Assembly: GCF_035084215.1 (NCBI RefSeq)
Contig: NC_090339.1
Location: 54,188,001 to 54,252,000 of the forward strand
Origin: Heptranchias perlo
Lineage: Eukaryota
Direction of reading: 5' to 3'
DNA length: 64,000 nt
The notes beneath the pieces are model-generated. The model was given only the letters and a program-made list of their open reading frames with translations. It had not been told where the DNA came from and made no database searches. Positions 35,668 to 49,134 of the stretch are shown one piece after another (position 1 is the stretch's first letter; each line of letters begins with the position of its first letter). A program made the position numbers and the translations under genes.

Positions 35668-36194
35668 GTGAGAACACGTAGTCTTTCCCCTACACTCCGT
35701 CTGCCACAACACTGCCCCCACCCCACATCTCCTTCGGCACCGCCAACACCACTGTCATATCACCCCTCATACCCACTCAAACCCCATCCTCATCTTACCT
35801 CCACCTACTCACCTCGCGAGTACTCACCCCGCCACTAACACGCAACCCAATCCTCATATAATCTCATGGCTCTATCCCATATGCACCCTCTCGTGCATCT
35901 CTCTCATGGCCAGCCTCACTCAACCTGCCACCACCTGTGCTGCAGCCACAGGGCATACATCACATATGTGCAGTAGGCAGCGTAAGGCAAACGTGTCGTG
36001 AGCATGAAGGGGATGCACAAGGGTGTTTGAGAGTTTGTCATGGGTGTTACCTATATTGAATTTCAGAACAACTCACATCACACATTATATTGGCACCACC
36101 ACTGCCATGTCTCCACGAATCCTGTCTGTTTTGTGCAATAATGCCCGCTCCTGGGTATCACTATGAGGACCCACCACTGATGCCACCCATTGTG

Positions 36195-36671
36195 TCACTG
36201 CAGAGTAGGTGCAGGTGTATTTGCAGGGCTCTTCCGCGCAGACGACTGAGAGACATCGGCGGTGTACCCGGCTGCACCCTGGAAGGATGCGGAGGAGAAG
36301 TTGTGGAGGGCAGTGGTGACTTTGGCAGCGACAGGTAAGCAGATGGTGCTGGGGCCAGCCAGGAGCAGCTCGGCATGAAAGAGGCTGCAGATGTCCACGA
36401 CTACATGTCAAGTGAATCTGCGCCTCCGTATGCACTGCTGCTCAGAGAGGTCCGGGGAGCTGCGCCTCGGTCTGTGGACCCTGTGGCGAGGGTAGTGCCC
36501 TCTGCGACGCGTCTCTCTCTGCGGTAGCCCTCCCTCCTGCTGTACAGGTGGATGTGTCACAGCACTCTGTTGTGGAGCTCCACGTGTCAGAGGTGGATGG
36601 CGTGGATGGCGAGGCTGGTGATGCTGTTCGCCCTCCGAGGGGGTCATGACTGCAGCTACGGTGGCCCCCAT
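36195..36671 (-). pseudogene. Harbinger (HARBI1-like) transposase N-terminal part; one nonsense codon, truncated before the DDE core
   Basis: RHRVHRPRRSSPDLSEQQCIRRRRFT*HVVVDICSL...LPVAAKVTTALHNFSSASFQGAAGYTADVSQSSA resembles the HARBI1 HTH region; the two listed ORFs share a frame across the TGA. Confidence 0.8.
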
Positions 36672-39600
36672 CCGCAATATGTACATCTGAGGGGGTCCGC
36701 AAGGTAGGCACATGTCTCCGGACCCCGGGGTGAGTGTGCAGGTTGGTGACTTTGACCGTCAGGAGGGGGGTGGTGGAGGCCACACTTTGTCCCAAGTGAC
36801 AGAGCGGCCTCCTGCAATGGCTGAGGGTCTCCCCCCCCCCCACCTGTCAAATGGACCTTTGCAGCTGCCACAGGCTGACGGCTGCAACACGTCCAGTTCA
36901 ACTAGGACTGTTTCCCCCAGTGTGTGAAACAGTCCTATGTTTCTCCAAAATCACACACAGTCCCTTAATCAGGTCAGTTAATGACCTGAACAAGCGAAAT
37001 AAATACTGTCAAGTGGCATCCCGCTGGCTTTAATTGCCTGCGGGATTCCCACCAGCGGGGGCTACGCACGCACCCCCGCACCCCCGCACGTCATCAGGGA
37101 ACCCGGAAGTGGGCGGGATCGTGGCGCGATCCAGTCACGTGCCTGGAGATCGGGATTTTCGGGGCCCCCCCCCGCTGGAAACGCACAGGAAACCCGCCGG
37201 TAAAATCGAGCCCTATTTGTTTAGAATTACGAAACAACAGAGGATCTATTATGCTTCTGGGTGTATACTACAGGCCACCAAATAATGGAAAGAAAATAGA
37301 GAAGCAAATTTGCAGGCGTTACACAAAGATGCAAGAACTATAGAGTCATGATAATGGGGGACTTCAATTATCCCAATATAGGATGGGACAGTAACAGCGT
37401 AAAGGGCAAAGAGGGGAGGAATTCCTGAAATGTGTACAAGAGAACTTTCTGGAACAGTGTGTTTCCAGCCAACGAGGAAGGAAGCAGTGCTGGATTTAGT
37501 TCTGGGGAATGAGGTGGGGCAAGTGGAGCATGTTTTAGTGAGGGAGCATTTGGGGAACAGTGATCATAATATTAGTAGGTTTAGAATAGTTACGGAAAAG
37601 GTCAAGGAACAATCAAATGTGAAAATACTTAACTGGATGAGGGCTAATTTCAGAGAGTTAAAAAGGGATCTTATGGTGGATTGGAATCAAAAATTGGTAG
37701 GCAAAACAGTAATTGAACAATGGGAGGCCTTCAAGGAGATGGTTTGGGTACAGAGTAGACACATTCCCACGAGGGGGAAAGGAAGGGCATCCAAAGCTAG
37801 AGCTCCCTGGATGACTAAAGGTATAGAGATTAAAATGAAACAAAAAAAGGAGGCTTATGACAATGGAAGGCTCATAATACAGTAGAGAACCAGGCTGAAT
37901 AGAGAAAGTACAGAGGAGAACTAAAAAAGGGGAATAAGAGGGGCAAAGAGAGAGTATGACAATAGATTAGTAGCTAACATAAAAGGGAACCCAAAAGTCT
38001 TTTATAAACATTTAAATAGTAAAAGGGTAGTCAAAGGAAGAGTAAGACTGAATAGGAGCAAAAAAGGAGATCTTTTTGTGAAGGCAGAGGGCATGGCTGA
38101 GGTACTAAATGAATACTTCGCATCGGTCTTCACTAGAGAAGAGGATGTTGTCAATGTAGCAGTTAAAGGAGAAGATAGTAGCGATATTGGATAGGATAAA
38201 AATGATAGAGGAGGTACTTAAAAGATTGGCTGTACTCAACATAGAAAAGCCACCCAGTCCAGATGGGATGCATCCTAGGTTGTTGAGGGAAGTAAGGGTA
38301 GAAATTGCGGAGACTCTGGCCACAATCTTCCAATCCTCCATTGATATGGGGACAGTGTTAGAGGATTGAAGGATTGCAAATGTTCTACCCCTGTTCAAGA
38401 AAGAGGAAAGGGATAAACCCGGCAACTACAGAGCAGTCAGCGTAACATTGGTGGTGGGCAAACTTTTAGAGACAATAATCCGGGACAAAATTAGCACTTG
38501 GAAAGGTATAGGCTAATAAATGAAAATCAGCACGGATTTGTTATAGGAAAGTGATGTTTGACTAACTTGATTGAGCTCTTTGATGAAATAACAGAAAGGG
38601 TTGATGAGGGTAGTGCAGTTGATGTCATGTATATGGACTTTCAAAAGGCATTTGATAAAGTACCACATAATGGACTTGTGAGCAAAATTAAAACCCATAG
38701 GAATAAAGGGACAGTGGCAGTGTGAATACAAAATTGGCTAAGGAACAGAAAGGAGAGTGTAGTGGTGAACATTTGTTTTTCAGACGGGAAGGAAGTATAC
38801 AGTGGTGTTCCCCAGGGGTCAGTATTAGGACCACTGCTCTTTTTGACATACATTAATGACCTGATCTGGAGTATACAGGGTATAATTTCAAAGTTTGTAG
38901 ATGACACAAAAGCAAGGATGTTATGCCAAACTCTTATAAAACAGTGGTTAGGCCTCAGCTCCGAGTATTATGCTCAATTCTGAGCACCGCATTTTAGGAA
39001 GGATGTCAAGGCCTTAGAAGGGGTGCAGAAGAGAGTTACTAGAATGGTATCAGGGATGAGGGACTTCAGTTATGTGGACAGACTGGAGAAGCTGGGGTTG
39101 TTCTCCTTAGAACAGAGAAGGTTAAGGGGAGATTTGATAGAGGTGTTCAAAATCATGAATGGTTTTGATAGAGTAAATAAAGTGAAACTGTCTCCAGTGG
39201 CAGAAGGGTCGGTAACCAGAGGACACAGATTTAAGGTGATTGGCAAAGAGCCAGAGGCGACATGAGGAAATATTTTTTTACGCAGTGAGTTGTAATGATC
39301 TGGAATGCACGGCCTGAAAGGGTGGTGGAAGCAGATTCAATAACAACTTTCAAAAGGAAATTGATAAATACTTGAAGGGAAAAAATTTACAGCACTATGG
39401 GAAAAGAGCAGGGGTATAGGACTAATTGGATAGCTCTTTCAAAGAGCCGGCACAGGCATGATGGGCCAAATGGCCTCCTCCTGTGCTGTACCGTACTATG
39501 ATACTATGAAATGAATGTTTTTGTGCCAGCTTTTTCCCTGCATTCCTAAAGGTTTTTATTCCTCTGCTACAGTGCTACAGGTGCCAGCACCGGATGTCAA

Positions 39601-40384
39601 TCGGCTATTCGACTGTGGAGGGCATCATTGTTGAATCAAATTCATACCTGATACAACATTCACCTCTCCTGATGGTGCTTGTTCATGGTACCTTTAAATG
39701 TGCTGTCCCTGCATCTCTATGTAAATGTTCTGCCTAACCTTGGTGGAACTATTGATCACTGCAGAATAATCTTTTTGTAAGTACACTTTACAAACTCATT
39801 GGTATACACTCTGCACCAAATTCACATCCAAATCTAGAAGTGGAACATCTGATGCTGAAGTGGCGCTTTGTCAGATCAGCACTCAAAACCGATGAGTGTC
39901 ATGATATTACGACATGCTTTGAGAGAAGTGTATTTGCTTCCTGGTGCAAGATTGGTGGACTCAAGGGTCATGTGCAGCTGTATGCAACAGGCCTCACACA
40001 TTATTAAGCACAGCTGTGCATGTCATCACCGTATATACATATATTTTAATGTAAATTGTGACTTCAGGTTTTGGAGGAAACCAGAGTGCCACCACTATGA
40101 GAATTCATAACCATGTATGTGTGAAAAAGATGGCACTGTTTAAACATGCCACATTCACACAGCAGCCTGAGGCAATTGCTGCGTAATAGCAACTTGCTTT
40201 TCAATTTTCTCCCTGCCTCTGCTGATGGTGCTGACCTGCCGGGGGACAGTTCCAGTACCTCAACCAAATGACCACCCTTTAGGTGTGAGAGTAGACAGTC
40301 CATGTCAGCAGGCTATTCAACTCTGCCAGGCATTGTGGCTAAACCCAATCCTCTCATTTACAACTAACAACACGTGGGTGATCG

Positions 40385-40485
40385 GATAGCCAACCTGGAA
40401 GGGGAAATCTCCCTTTCTCAGCTACAACCCAGGCCAATCTGAGTTATAGCTGAGAAAGAGGGATTCTCCTTTCAGATTGGCTATC
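40385..40485. repeat. 101-nt imperfect inverted repeat (hairpin)
   Basis: Arms of ~47 bp, short loop, about 7 transitions and 1 indel between arms. Confidence 0.85.
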
Positions 40486-40669
40486 TAACCTTCCCCCCTC
40501 CCCCACTAGCTGCTCCCCTGGCTGGCAACAGCTAACTCAGTACAGATTGGAGTTTGAATCTGGTACCTTCCCGATCTGTATTACTCCAGGTAGTGCCTTT
40601 GGCCACTGGGAGAATTATTATAATAGCAACATTTAACTCTAAGCGTTCAATTTATAATTTAAACTCTGT

Positions 40670-40875
40670 TGGCTGCTACCACAAGGAGTAGTTGCAGCGA
40701 CGAGCATAGATGCATTTAAGGGGAAGCTAGATAAACACATGAGGGAGAAAGGAATAGAAGGATATGCTGATAGGGTTAGATGAAGTATGGAGGGAGGAGG
40801 CTCGTGTGGAGTGCAAATACCGGCATGGACCAGTTGGGCCGAATGGCTTGTTTTGGTTCTGTACATTCTATGTAA
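40670..40875 (+). mobile_element. CR1-type 3' tail
   Basis: gcatttaaggggaagctagat...gggccgaatggc...ttctatgtaa; inverse of ~56060-56260. Confidence 0.7.
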
Positions 40876-40906
40876 GGTAACGTGCAGTTGAGGCATACAG
40901 TCTTAA

Positions 40907-40979
40907 ATAAAAACAGAAAATGCTGGAGAAGCTCAGCAAGTCAGGCAGCATCTGTGGAGAATAGCTCAGCACTGTGTCG
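40907..40979 (-). mobile_element. 73-bp truncated insert of the same short-repeat family
   Basis: Perfect 12-bp TSD atacagtcttaa (40895-40906, 40980-40991); first ~53 bp are nearly the reverse complement of 1636-1688. Confidence 0.7.
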
Positions 40980-42039
40980 ATACAGTCTTAAGTTTGATTG
41001 TGGTTGGTGTTGAGTTAGCTGACCTCACCTAGGCTGGCAGTAGGGGTTTGGCACAAGTGCCCTGAGCTACGGAGGAGAAAATCAGACAGTTACAACTCAC
41101 TACCCAGTGAACAGTGCTTGAAAGTTCAATTGTAATGCCTCCTGGAGTTGAATAGTCTTTCAATGTCCACTGATTAGGCACACAGGAAAGAATGGCCATT
41201 TGGCAAGGTACTGGAGAGCATCTCGTGTCAATGGAATGATATCCCTGTATGAGTGGATGCCTTCAGGAGTGGACCCGGGAAAATAACAAGGAGAAAATTG
41301 TTTTAAATCCAGTCAGAATAGTATGCATGTGTTACCAGCCAACGAAAAAGTAGTTTACAGCTTTACCAGCAGAGCGGTGTGGGTGGTACTCCCCACACAC
41401 GATATTTAGTTTGAACTGGAACCTCATGGAAATTACAACCGTTCACATTTGTGGCCGCAATTTAAAAATAAATGAAACCAAATACTTGGGTCATTTGTAT
41501 ACAGTAGGATTAGTCGCTGTGTACGGTATGGGGTTAGTCATTGTTTACAGTAGGAGGTACACCCAGTCGCATATAACACTACATACTGCAGTTTGCGTCA
41601 ATCCAGTCAGACACCTAAAGGTTATCTACCTTAGAAATAAATGTGGGTGCTCTCTGCTCCATTGCCGCCTGCAGGTAGCACCCACCGGTTCAGTGGGAGG
41701 GGAAAAGACAACTTTGACACACTTAGTTGCAATGACGCAACCAATATGGCATTAAAATGCCGAAATTTCCGCACCTGCTATACAGCAACAATAGACTCAA
41801 GCGGTTGCACGGTAATTTCTGAAAACAAAACGCAGCAATAGTTAAAAAACATGCGCCAATCGAACGTTTCCTTGCAAATATTTTCTAGTTTGAAATTAGT
41901 TTGCGACTTTATAAAATATATATAAATACCGAAAATGCTGAAAGTTTTAAGGCGTTGGGGAAATAATTAATTTACTGCAATTAAAGAAATGCATTCACAC
42001 AAAACTGCAAGAGTTTGTTGTTAATGAGCGAACTGCACG

Positions 42040-42800
42040 CAATCCCTCAGGGCCGATGAGGGAATATTTGTGAAAATCGATCAGAAGAAAAAAAAGACAC
42101 TTTTCGTTTCCGCTGCTCGCATGGGAGATCCTACCATTATGAAAAGAGGGGCTACCACTCACGAGACGGTGAAGGATTGTCTACACAGGGGAAAGCAACG
42201 GGTAGTCAGCATCCCAGATTAACATTTGACAATGCATAATAATCGCGTACGGACTGGGAAAGAATAACTACCGAAATCTCTGAGGGAGGAGGGGAACGGT
42301 TGTAGTTGCTTCACCCCCCCCCCCCCCCATCCTCCTCTTGGTAGCGGCGAATATGTATCTAGTGCCTGTGGCCGGATCCCGGGACTTTCTTGTCACCAGC
42401 GGATCGACAATGGCGGCGGCTGAAATAGCTCGGCAGATGGTGAGCAGCTACACACAAACACACTCACACACAGCTTCTTATCCTCCCTCATTTACTATTT
42501 CATTTACCGGAAAAATGCACTCGGTTCTTTCGTTTGCCAGTCGCCCCCCGCTGCATTTCTCCTTTTTTTTTTGCAAACGAGGAGCCGCTGGTCCGCTCCG
42601 CTATTGTTTGCTGAGGGTGGGTGGATGCGAAGACGCTGGGCGTTGGCTTCTGAACGGAATCTTTGAAATTGTAATTACATTAAATCTTTTTTTAAAAAAA
42701 ACCATAAGGGGTGGAGACAAATCTGCTCAATGCCTCCCTCCCGCCATTTTCAGCACCGGTAGCTCAGAGCCATTGTAAGGGGGAGAGGGAACCGTGCATA
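42040..42800 (+). promoter_or_regulatory. SEPT6 CpG-rich promoter / first-exon region
   Basis: Raised CpG density around exon 1; YY1-like ATGGCGGC over the start codon and CCGCCATTTT at 42741. Confidence 0.6.
42410..42439 (+). CDS. SEPTIN6: Septin-6 coding exon 1
   Basis: MAAAEIARQM|gtgagc (human MAATDIARQV); 30 nt within a CpG-rich region. Confidence 0.92.
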
Positions 42801-43614
42801 TACACACAGGTGTGCACTGGCTCCGTTATGTACGTGCCACCTGCAACCTCCGCTTATATATATATTTTTTAAAAGGGTTATGGCTTTAAATTCAAATCTC
42901 CGCTGGTTATGAGCAGCCCAGGGTGAGCATGACGTGCAGTGTAGTGAAGCGAGTCCTGTCCTAACAGTTCACAGTGCTGTAACGGTTTCATTTATTGTAT
43001 TTTACCTAAATGTTAAAGGGGAAACGATCTAAACCCATGTCCTGTGCATTATTTCACCGTTATGGTTAGCATTGTATTGATTCATTAAAATACAGCTTTG
43101 CGTACTGCTAATGCAGCACACCAGAGATGCTTCACTGAGATTCACGATGACAGCTGGGAGTGTGTTACATGTCGGATAATGTGTGCTACAGTACTAGAAA
43201 ATATTGTATGAAGAGCTTCAACGGTTGATAAACCTGTCGAGGCATTGCTTTTGCAGTTTAAGGCGTTATCCGGATTCCGAGATATTGTATTACCAATTTT
43301 GCTGTTTGACTAGTGCTTTTCGTTGTCGCCAGAGGTTTTTTTTCTGTGCACATCTGGCATATTTTGGTGGTTGGGTTGTGATGAAAGTTCCTCTCTGCTA
43401 TGAGATTGGAAGGCCCAGTGAACTCCTTTTCATGTGATATTTTTCAGCTTCTTATGAAGAGAATAGCAGATGGCTGTCAGTAAGGTGCAAGAGGTGGTGT
43501 GAGTGATGTGATAAACTTGTGAGGTTCTCTAGCTGTTAATGTTTTGGTGACATTTTAGTGCTCATCAAGGTGAGGGATGTTAATGTTGAGAAATGTAATA
43601 TCGCTGCACGTTTC

Positions 43615-44120
43615 CTTTGTTCTTGGGATGTGGGTGATTCTGACAAGGCTCCATTTATTGCCCATCTCTAGTTGCCTACGGAAGTTGGTGGTAGGCCTTC
43701 TCTTTAAACTGCTGCAGTCCCTTTTGATGATGCCCCAATGATGGTCAATGCCCTGGAATTCCCTATCTGACACCAAGTGATAATGCAGGGATATGCGTCC
43801 AGGTCACGACGATGTGTGAATTGGTGATCATAGTGTTCCCACAACATTGTTGCTGTCGTCCTTCTCAGTGATAAAGATCGTGGGGGAGTGAGGTGCTGAC
43901 GAACTAGGCTGATGAGTTGCTGCAGTGCTTCCTGTAGACTACACCAGTGACGGAGGGAGTGGAAATTGAGTTCAGGGGCACTGATCAAGTGAACTGCTCT
44001 GCCCTGGATGGTGTTGAGCTTCTTGAGTGTTGTTGCGGCTGCACCTATCCAGGCAGTGATGAGCATTCCATTACATTCCTGACGAGCCTTGTAGGTGGTG
44101 GAGAGGCTTGTCAGTCATTG
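43615..44120 (-). mobile_element. Older, diverged copy of the same LINE family
   Basis: AWIGAAATTLKKLNTIQGRAVHLI; tail gatgggcaataaatg. Confidence 0.75.
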
Positions 44121-44269
44121 TCAGCATTACGCTAAGTCAGATATAGTCGAGCCAAATGCACAGCAAAACCTCTTGTCTGTCCCAACATGCTTCATTCCCA
44201 ATTGCAGAAGTGCACCTCTCATTACACTAGTGCCAATTTTATTCTGCTATCCATTTATTTTATCTCTAA

Positions 44270-44690
44270 TTGGGGTTGTATTCTGTAGAGTTTAGAATGT
44301 TAAGGGGTGATCTGATCGAAGTTTATAAGATATTAAGGGGAACAGATAGGGTGGATAGAGAGAAACTATTTCCGCTGGTTGGGGATTCTAGGAGTAGGGG
44401 GCACAGTCTAAAAATTAGAGCCAGACCTTTCATGAGCGAGATTAGAAAACACACATTTCTACACAAAGGGTGGTAGAAGTTTGGAACTCTCTTCTGCAAA
44501 CGGCAATTTATACTAGCTCAATTGCTAAATTTAAATCTGAGGTAGCTAGTTTTTTGGCAACCAAAGGTATTAAGGGATATGGGCCAAAGGCAGGTATATG
44601 GAGTTAGATCACAGATCAGCCGTGATCTTATCAAATGGCGGAGCAGGCACGAGGGGCTGAATGGCCTACTCCTGTTCCTATGTTTCTATG
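44270..44690 (+). mobile_element. CR1 3' fragment
   Basis: GLYSVEFRMLRGDLIEVYKILRG...; tail tcctatgtttctatg. Confidence 0.85.
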
Positions 44691-47600
44691 GCCATTCTGG
44701 GTGAGACTGCCGATCCAGTATCAAAATATTACTGTAGTATGAATCATTTTGTAGTGTGAGTTTATACTGACAAGGTGCTCAGTTGAGACTGCCAAGTTTA
44801 TTTCACATAGCGCCAGGAAAAGTGTAGACTTTCATTCCATCACTCTAGGCTGCATTAAGATTTGGGTCACAGATGCTAAACCCATTGTGTTGCCCAGTCC
44901 CTCTTGCTCAAGCAGTTTCTGTATGTCATCTGAACTCCAGGGATGTGTTGCAGCCTTGTAACAGACTCCTAGATAATCATTTTTACCATTAGTTCATGAG
45001 ATTTATTTTAATTTTATCATTAATATTTGACTCTTCTGTTGGTTCTGCCAAGTTTTCCATTACAACCACTAATCCTTTGCCTTTAAAGTATTGGTAAGTG
45101 ATTTTGCATTATATAACAGGAAGAGCATGGTTGTAATGGCATCAGCTGACAGGGATAGCTCACTTGGAAAGAACGCTTACTGAGTTATGCTTTTGTATGT
45201 ATTGTATTAAAATATTCACTGTCCTCAATTTATTATTTTAATCTTTCACAATACTGTGGACCTTTGACTGGCTGTGGGTTTCCAATGTGACATAATTAAA
45301 TTAATAAGTCATTGTACCCCTTAAGTTGCTTAATTGGGTACACTTCTTAATGTGTTGAAGTTTGCATCGCTGTCTTTGGAGGGGTGAAGATGATATTGGA
45401 CGTGTTGAAATAGCAGAGCCATACAGGAGATTCCCAAGTTTGGTGGTTTCCCTAGTCTGTTCTGAGTGAGCAAATTTGAGCTGTGGCAGCTATACGGGAA
45501 CTACTTTTGGCCCATACACCCTCCAGTAAAGGAGTGAAAAATTGGCTTCATTGCTATCATGTGATTCCTGCTGGAAGTGTGTGTGTATATGTGGATGTTT
45601 GGTCAGAACAGGATTGGGTTCTGTTGTTTTGTCCCATGTATTGAATAGTCTGCTGTTGTGTTAATTTCCCACATGATTGCCCCCTTGGTTAAGCTACTAG
45701 AGTGCTCCCATTGCCACACACTGCACCCTGCAAGGAGCCAAAACCTTTGAAAAAGGAGGGGGAGGGAATGGAAAAAAGTACTTTTAGAAAAGAAAAATTC
45801 AAGATGATGTGTCTGGATATCCTATACCACAATTTTAATGGCTGTTAAGTAGAGTGGGATTAAATGGTTTCCTCCATCAAGGAGGTAAATGCAATTCTCA
45901 AAGTGACTCTTGCAGTCACTCATAGGAATTGCACATACCTTTTAACTTGATAAACGCCCAAGCATGTCAGAAATATATAGTTGGACATAAAGATGCTTCA
46001 GAAATATCGAGTTGAAATCTAATCTCTGGTAGTTCGTGTATTTTCTGTTACCAGTGAGGAACATGTTTAAGCTATTGTTTTTAACTCCATCGTATAGTAG
46101 TTTGTTCATTAAGCTAAAGTTCTATTCATCTGCTGCCAAGTATCCTGTTTTCAGTTCTCTTCCCACATTTAATTAACAATAATTACATACGTGTATTGTT
46201 TCAATCAACAGTTTTGTTTTTGTTGCTGTGTACAGTACTTAATGCCGTCTCCCTCCCTCGTGCAGTATTACACAATCCCATTTCACAAAATAGGGTGATC
46301 AATCAGCACATTAGCCTAAACAACATGGTTACAGAGGCAGTGGAAAAACACATATAACCTTTATGAATAATGTAAGAGGAGTTTTACTCTAATAGCACCA
46401 TGTTTCAGTGCTTTAACATTCTTTTGCTTTTGCACTGGTATACCTAATGTGTGCATAAGGATGCCACTTTTTCCCCCAATACAGTTGTGTATTCAGCCTT
46501 CTACAGTATAAGGTTTATTAGAACATTGACTAGCTCCTAATACAAAGAACATGCTATGATGGCTAGCTGATTTTCTTCCCACTTAAAAAAAACTGGTCTG
46601 CAAGCAACACTTAATCACCCTTCCTGCCTCTAATCTAAGTTTACAGTTTTCTCTCTGTCTCCAGATTATGCTGATTTCTTGAATTTGTTTGCTTTTGCAT
46701 TTGCATCACTCTCTCAGTCCCACTTTGCACCCATCCCACTTTCTCCTATCTCTTTCTGGCCAGCTGTTAGATCCATTCTAGTCTCCCTATGATCTCTTGC
46801 AACAAAATCAGAAGCCAACACAATACATTTATTTTCATGTCCAAGATCTTGATACATGTGATGGGACTGTAGTGATGGATACCTACTGTGCATGTAAACC
46901 TGGTTACTTGTAACTGTTAAATGGCTTGTGCTGTGCTCTTTTAACCACTCCTATGTACATCTAACGACTCATTCACGCTGTGTCACTGGAAGAAGACCTT
47001 TATTCACCCTATGCTGACTTTGGCTTCGCCCTTGTCCAGCATTAGCATCTAAGGTGATCCAGATGTGAGTATTTTAGCACAAATGCACTGAGCCATACAA
47101 GCATATCTATTTCTTGGTTTCAGATGAACAAAATTACTCATGAGTACTTGGCTGAGAAATTCTGTTTTCTCCTTTTTAAAAAAAAACAGGTTATGGTACC
47201 TGCATTTTGCCAAATTCTGGAATAAACTTGGAAGATATTTGTATTGGAAGTTTGCACTGGCTGATGATTCATTCAGTCTTATTTCAGACTAGAATAAACA
47301 TTACTGCATTTGTGAAAATTCTCAATCTTGACAGCACGCAGTTTCTGTGTAAAGAACAACATTTCCAAAGTACAGTAGAACTGTTGAGAAGCTGGTTCTG
47401 GGCAGAATACAAAGTGCATGTTGTTCGTCCATAGAAAACCACATAGGGTAGGGAACTGGGTACACAGAGTTGGATACCTTAGCTTTTCTCATCTGGAAGC
47501 CGGCTGTAAGGGTCCTTACACGAAGTGAGTTTGGGCAGTCCTGATTTGGTAAACTTGACGTGGGGGTGCTTGATGCTGACGCTGGGTGCCTGAATTGGAA

Positions 47601-49134
47601 AGTGTTCCATTTTCCAACACTGACATCCCTCGCCTTAATGAGTATAAAACAAAATTAAATACATGTGCTAACTTATCTGAATTTTGAAAGGTGGCTTCAT
47701 AAATCAAATATAATACAAAAGTTTTGAGTGTATTCATCAGTCTACAGACTTCATGCTTCTAAGTATCAAAGCTGGAAATTTACAAGCACCTGGCAATCTG
47801 CAAAGTTCTTTCACCAAACAGCAATCAAACTTACTGACCTCATGGTTTGTTTGGACCACTTCCTCCAGAGGGCACAACTGAGCACTGGCCTTAAAGGGGC
47901 AGTCATGGTTAGCAGTTAAACTCAGTAATGCCAGGGATAATCAGCCAATGAATATATAGTGCTCGTTACTTTTGAAAGTCATACATGCAAAGTATGTGTT
48001 ACACTTGCACGTGATTGTCTCAAATGTCATGAATAAAATGGCAACAAATCGCAACTTAGCTGTCATTTTTGGAAAAACAGAAAGCCAGTGATTTCCTGCA
48101 TGCTTTACTAACCTTGCTGTAAGTTGGCCTTTCTCCAAGAGAAAGAGAGCAGAATTTACAAGTGGCTGCCAATTTGCAGAACCTCACCCAGCAATCAGCC
48201 TCTAATAGACCTCAGAATGTGATTATTCAGACTACTTCCCAGAGCAAATACCTGAGCAATAGCCCTAGAAACAGGCTGGGTTACATACAGTTCCACTTTA
48301 GCAGCTTAAAAACCTCGCTCCAGATAAACCATGGGCAATGCCATGGGAGAGTATCTGATGAAACCAAAATGTAATTTTCAGATTTTCCATGCTATATAAA
48401 TTCAGGTCTACTGCTTAAGGAAATAGCTTTGTATGGAAATTTAGCTTTTTCTTAAGTCGGAAGCAAATTGTAATGACGAATACTGTTTAAATCAGAAACT
48501 GAAGGAGTGAAGAAAGGAAACAGGAAACCACATACAAACTGTCTTTCTGTCTAGTCTGCTCCTACTCTAATTCTGCTTTGAAACCACCTTGTATAAAGTC
48601 TTGTGGTACAATGTTTGCAAATCTATTTTGCATGTAAAACTTATACTGAGTGAAATTTTGTGCTCGTGTAATGGAAGATTGCTGCTTCCAGTACCAGCCT
48701 AACACCAAGGCTAGTAAAGGTACCTGCAGAATCACACTTTTATTTTTTAAATTGATTTCGATCCCACTGGGTGGAATGGACTGGGAGATAGAGTTCTACA
48801 TTGCTTCAGATTGGCTCAAAAGGAGTTACACCTCCCAATATAGGATAGTATTCTCTCTGGGCCAGTGGAGGGTTCTGCTACCACAACGCATTCCACGTAG
48901 TGACACTGCTGAGGGATTTCAAAATGCACCAATCTGGGTCAACTGAAGTTAAATAGCCACAGGGGATGGTCTTTCTGATTAGGAGAGAGAGGTTATACTT
49001 TGTTGATGATCTGTAGTACATGATGCTGATTAACGTTTCAGTCTCGTCAATCGTCCATTGGTAAAGTTTGTAATTCAACTTGGCTGTTTGTATATTTAAT
49101 TCTCATATATATTCCATAGTGTTTCCAATTACAG

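Larger units (their letters stand above)
35172..37213. mobile_element. PIF/Harbinger DNA transposon, internally deleted, nested in CR1 ORF2
   Basis: Imperfect TIRs GGACCTGATTTTAGC / GGGCTCGATTTTACC (reverse complement of right end); 3-bp TSD TAT (35169-35171, 37214-37216); carries Myb/SANT and HARBI1-like coding remnants. Confidence 0.9.
34470..39510 (+). mobile_element. Long degenerate CR1 LINE (ORF1 esterase end, ORF2 endonuclease and RT, 3' tail), split by the Harbinger
   Basis: ORF1 SGNH-like KVVISGLPPVP...DRLHLNRAG; EN MAITETWL, LGNSDHN; [32 protein letters not shown]; tail tactatgatactatga. Confidence 0.92.

Noticed and set aside
42338-42778. 146-aa ORF at the SEPT6 5' end
   Set aside because: Only MAAAEIARQM is coding; the rest is 5'UTR and intron past the GTGAGC donor
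45891-45932. Small hairpin gcaattc..agtgact/agtcact..gaattgc
   Set aside because: Short and interrupted; compatible with chance in 64 kb
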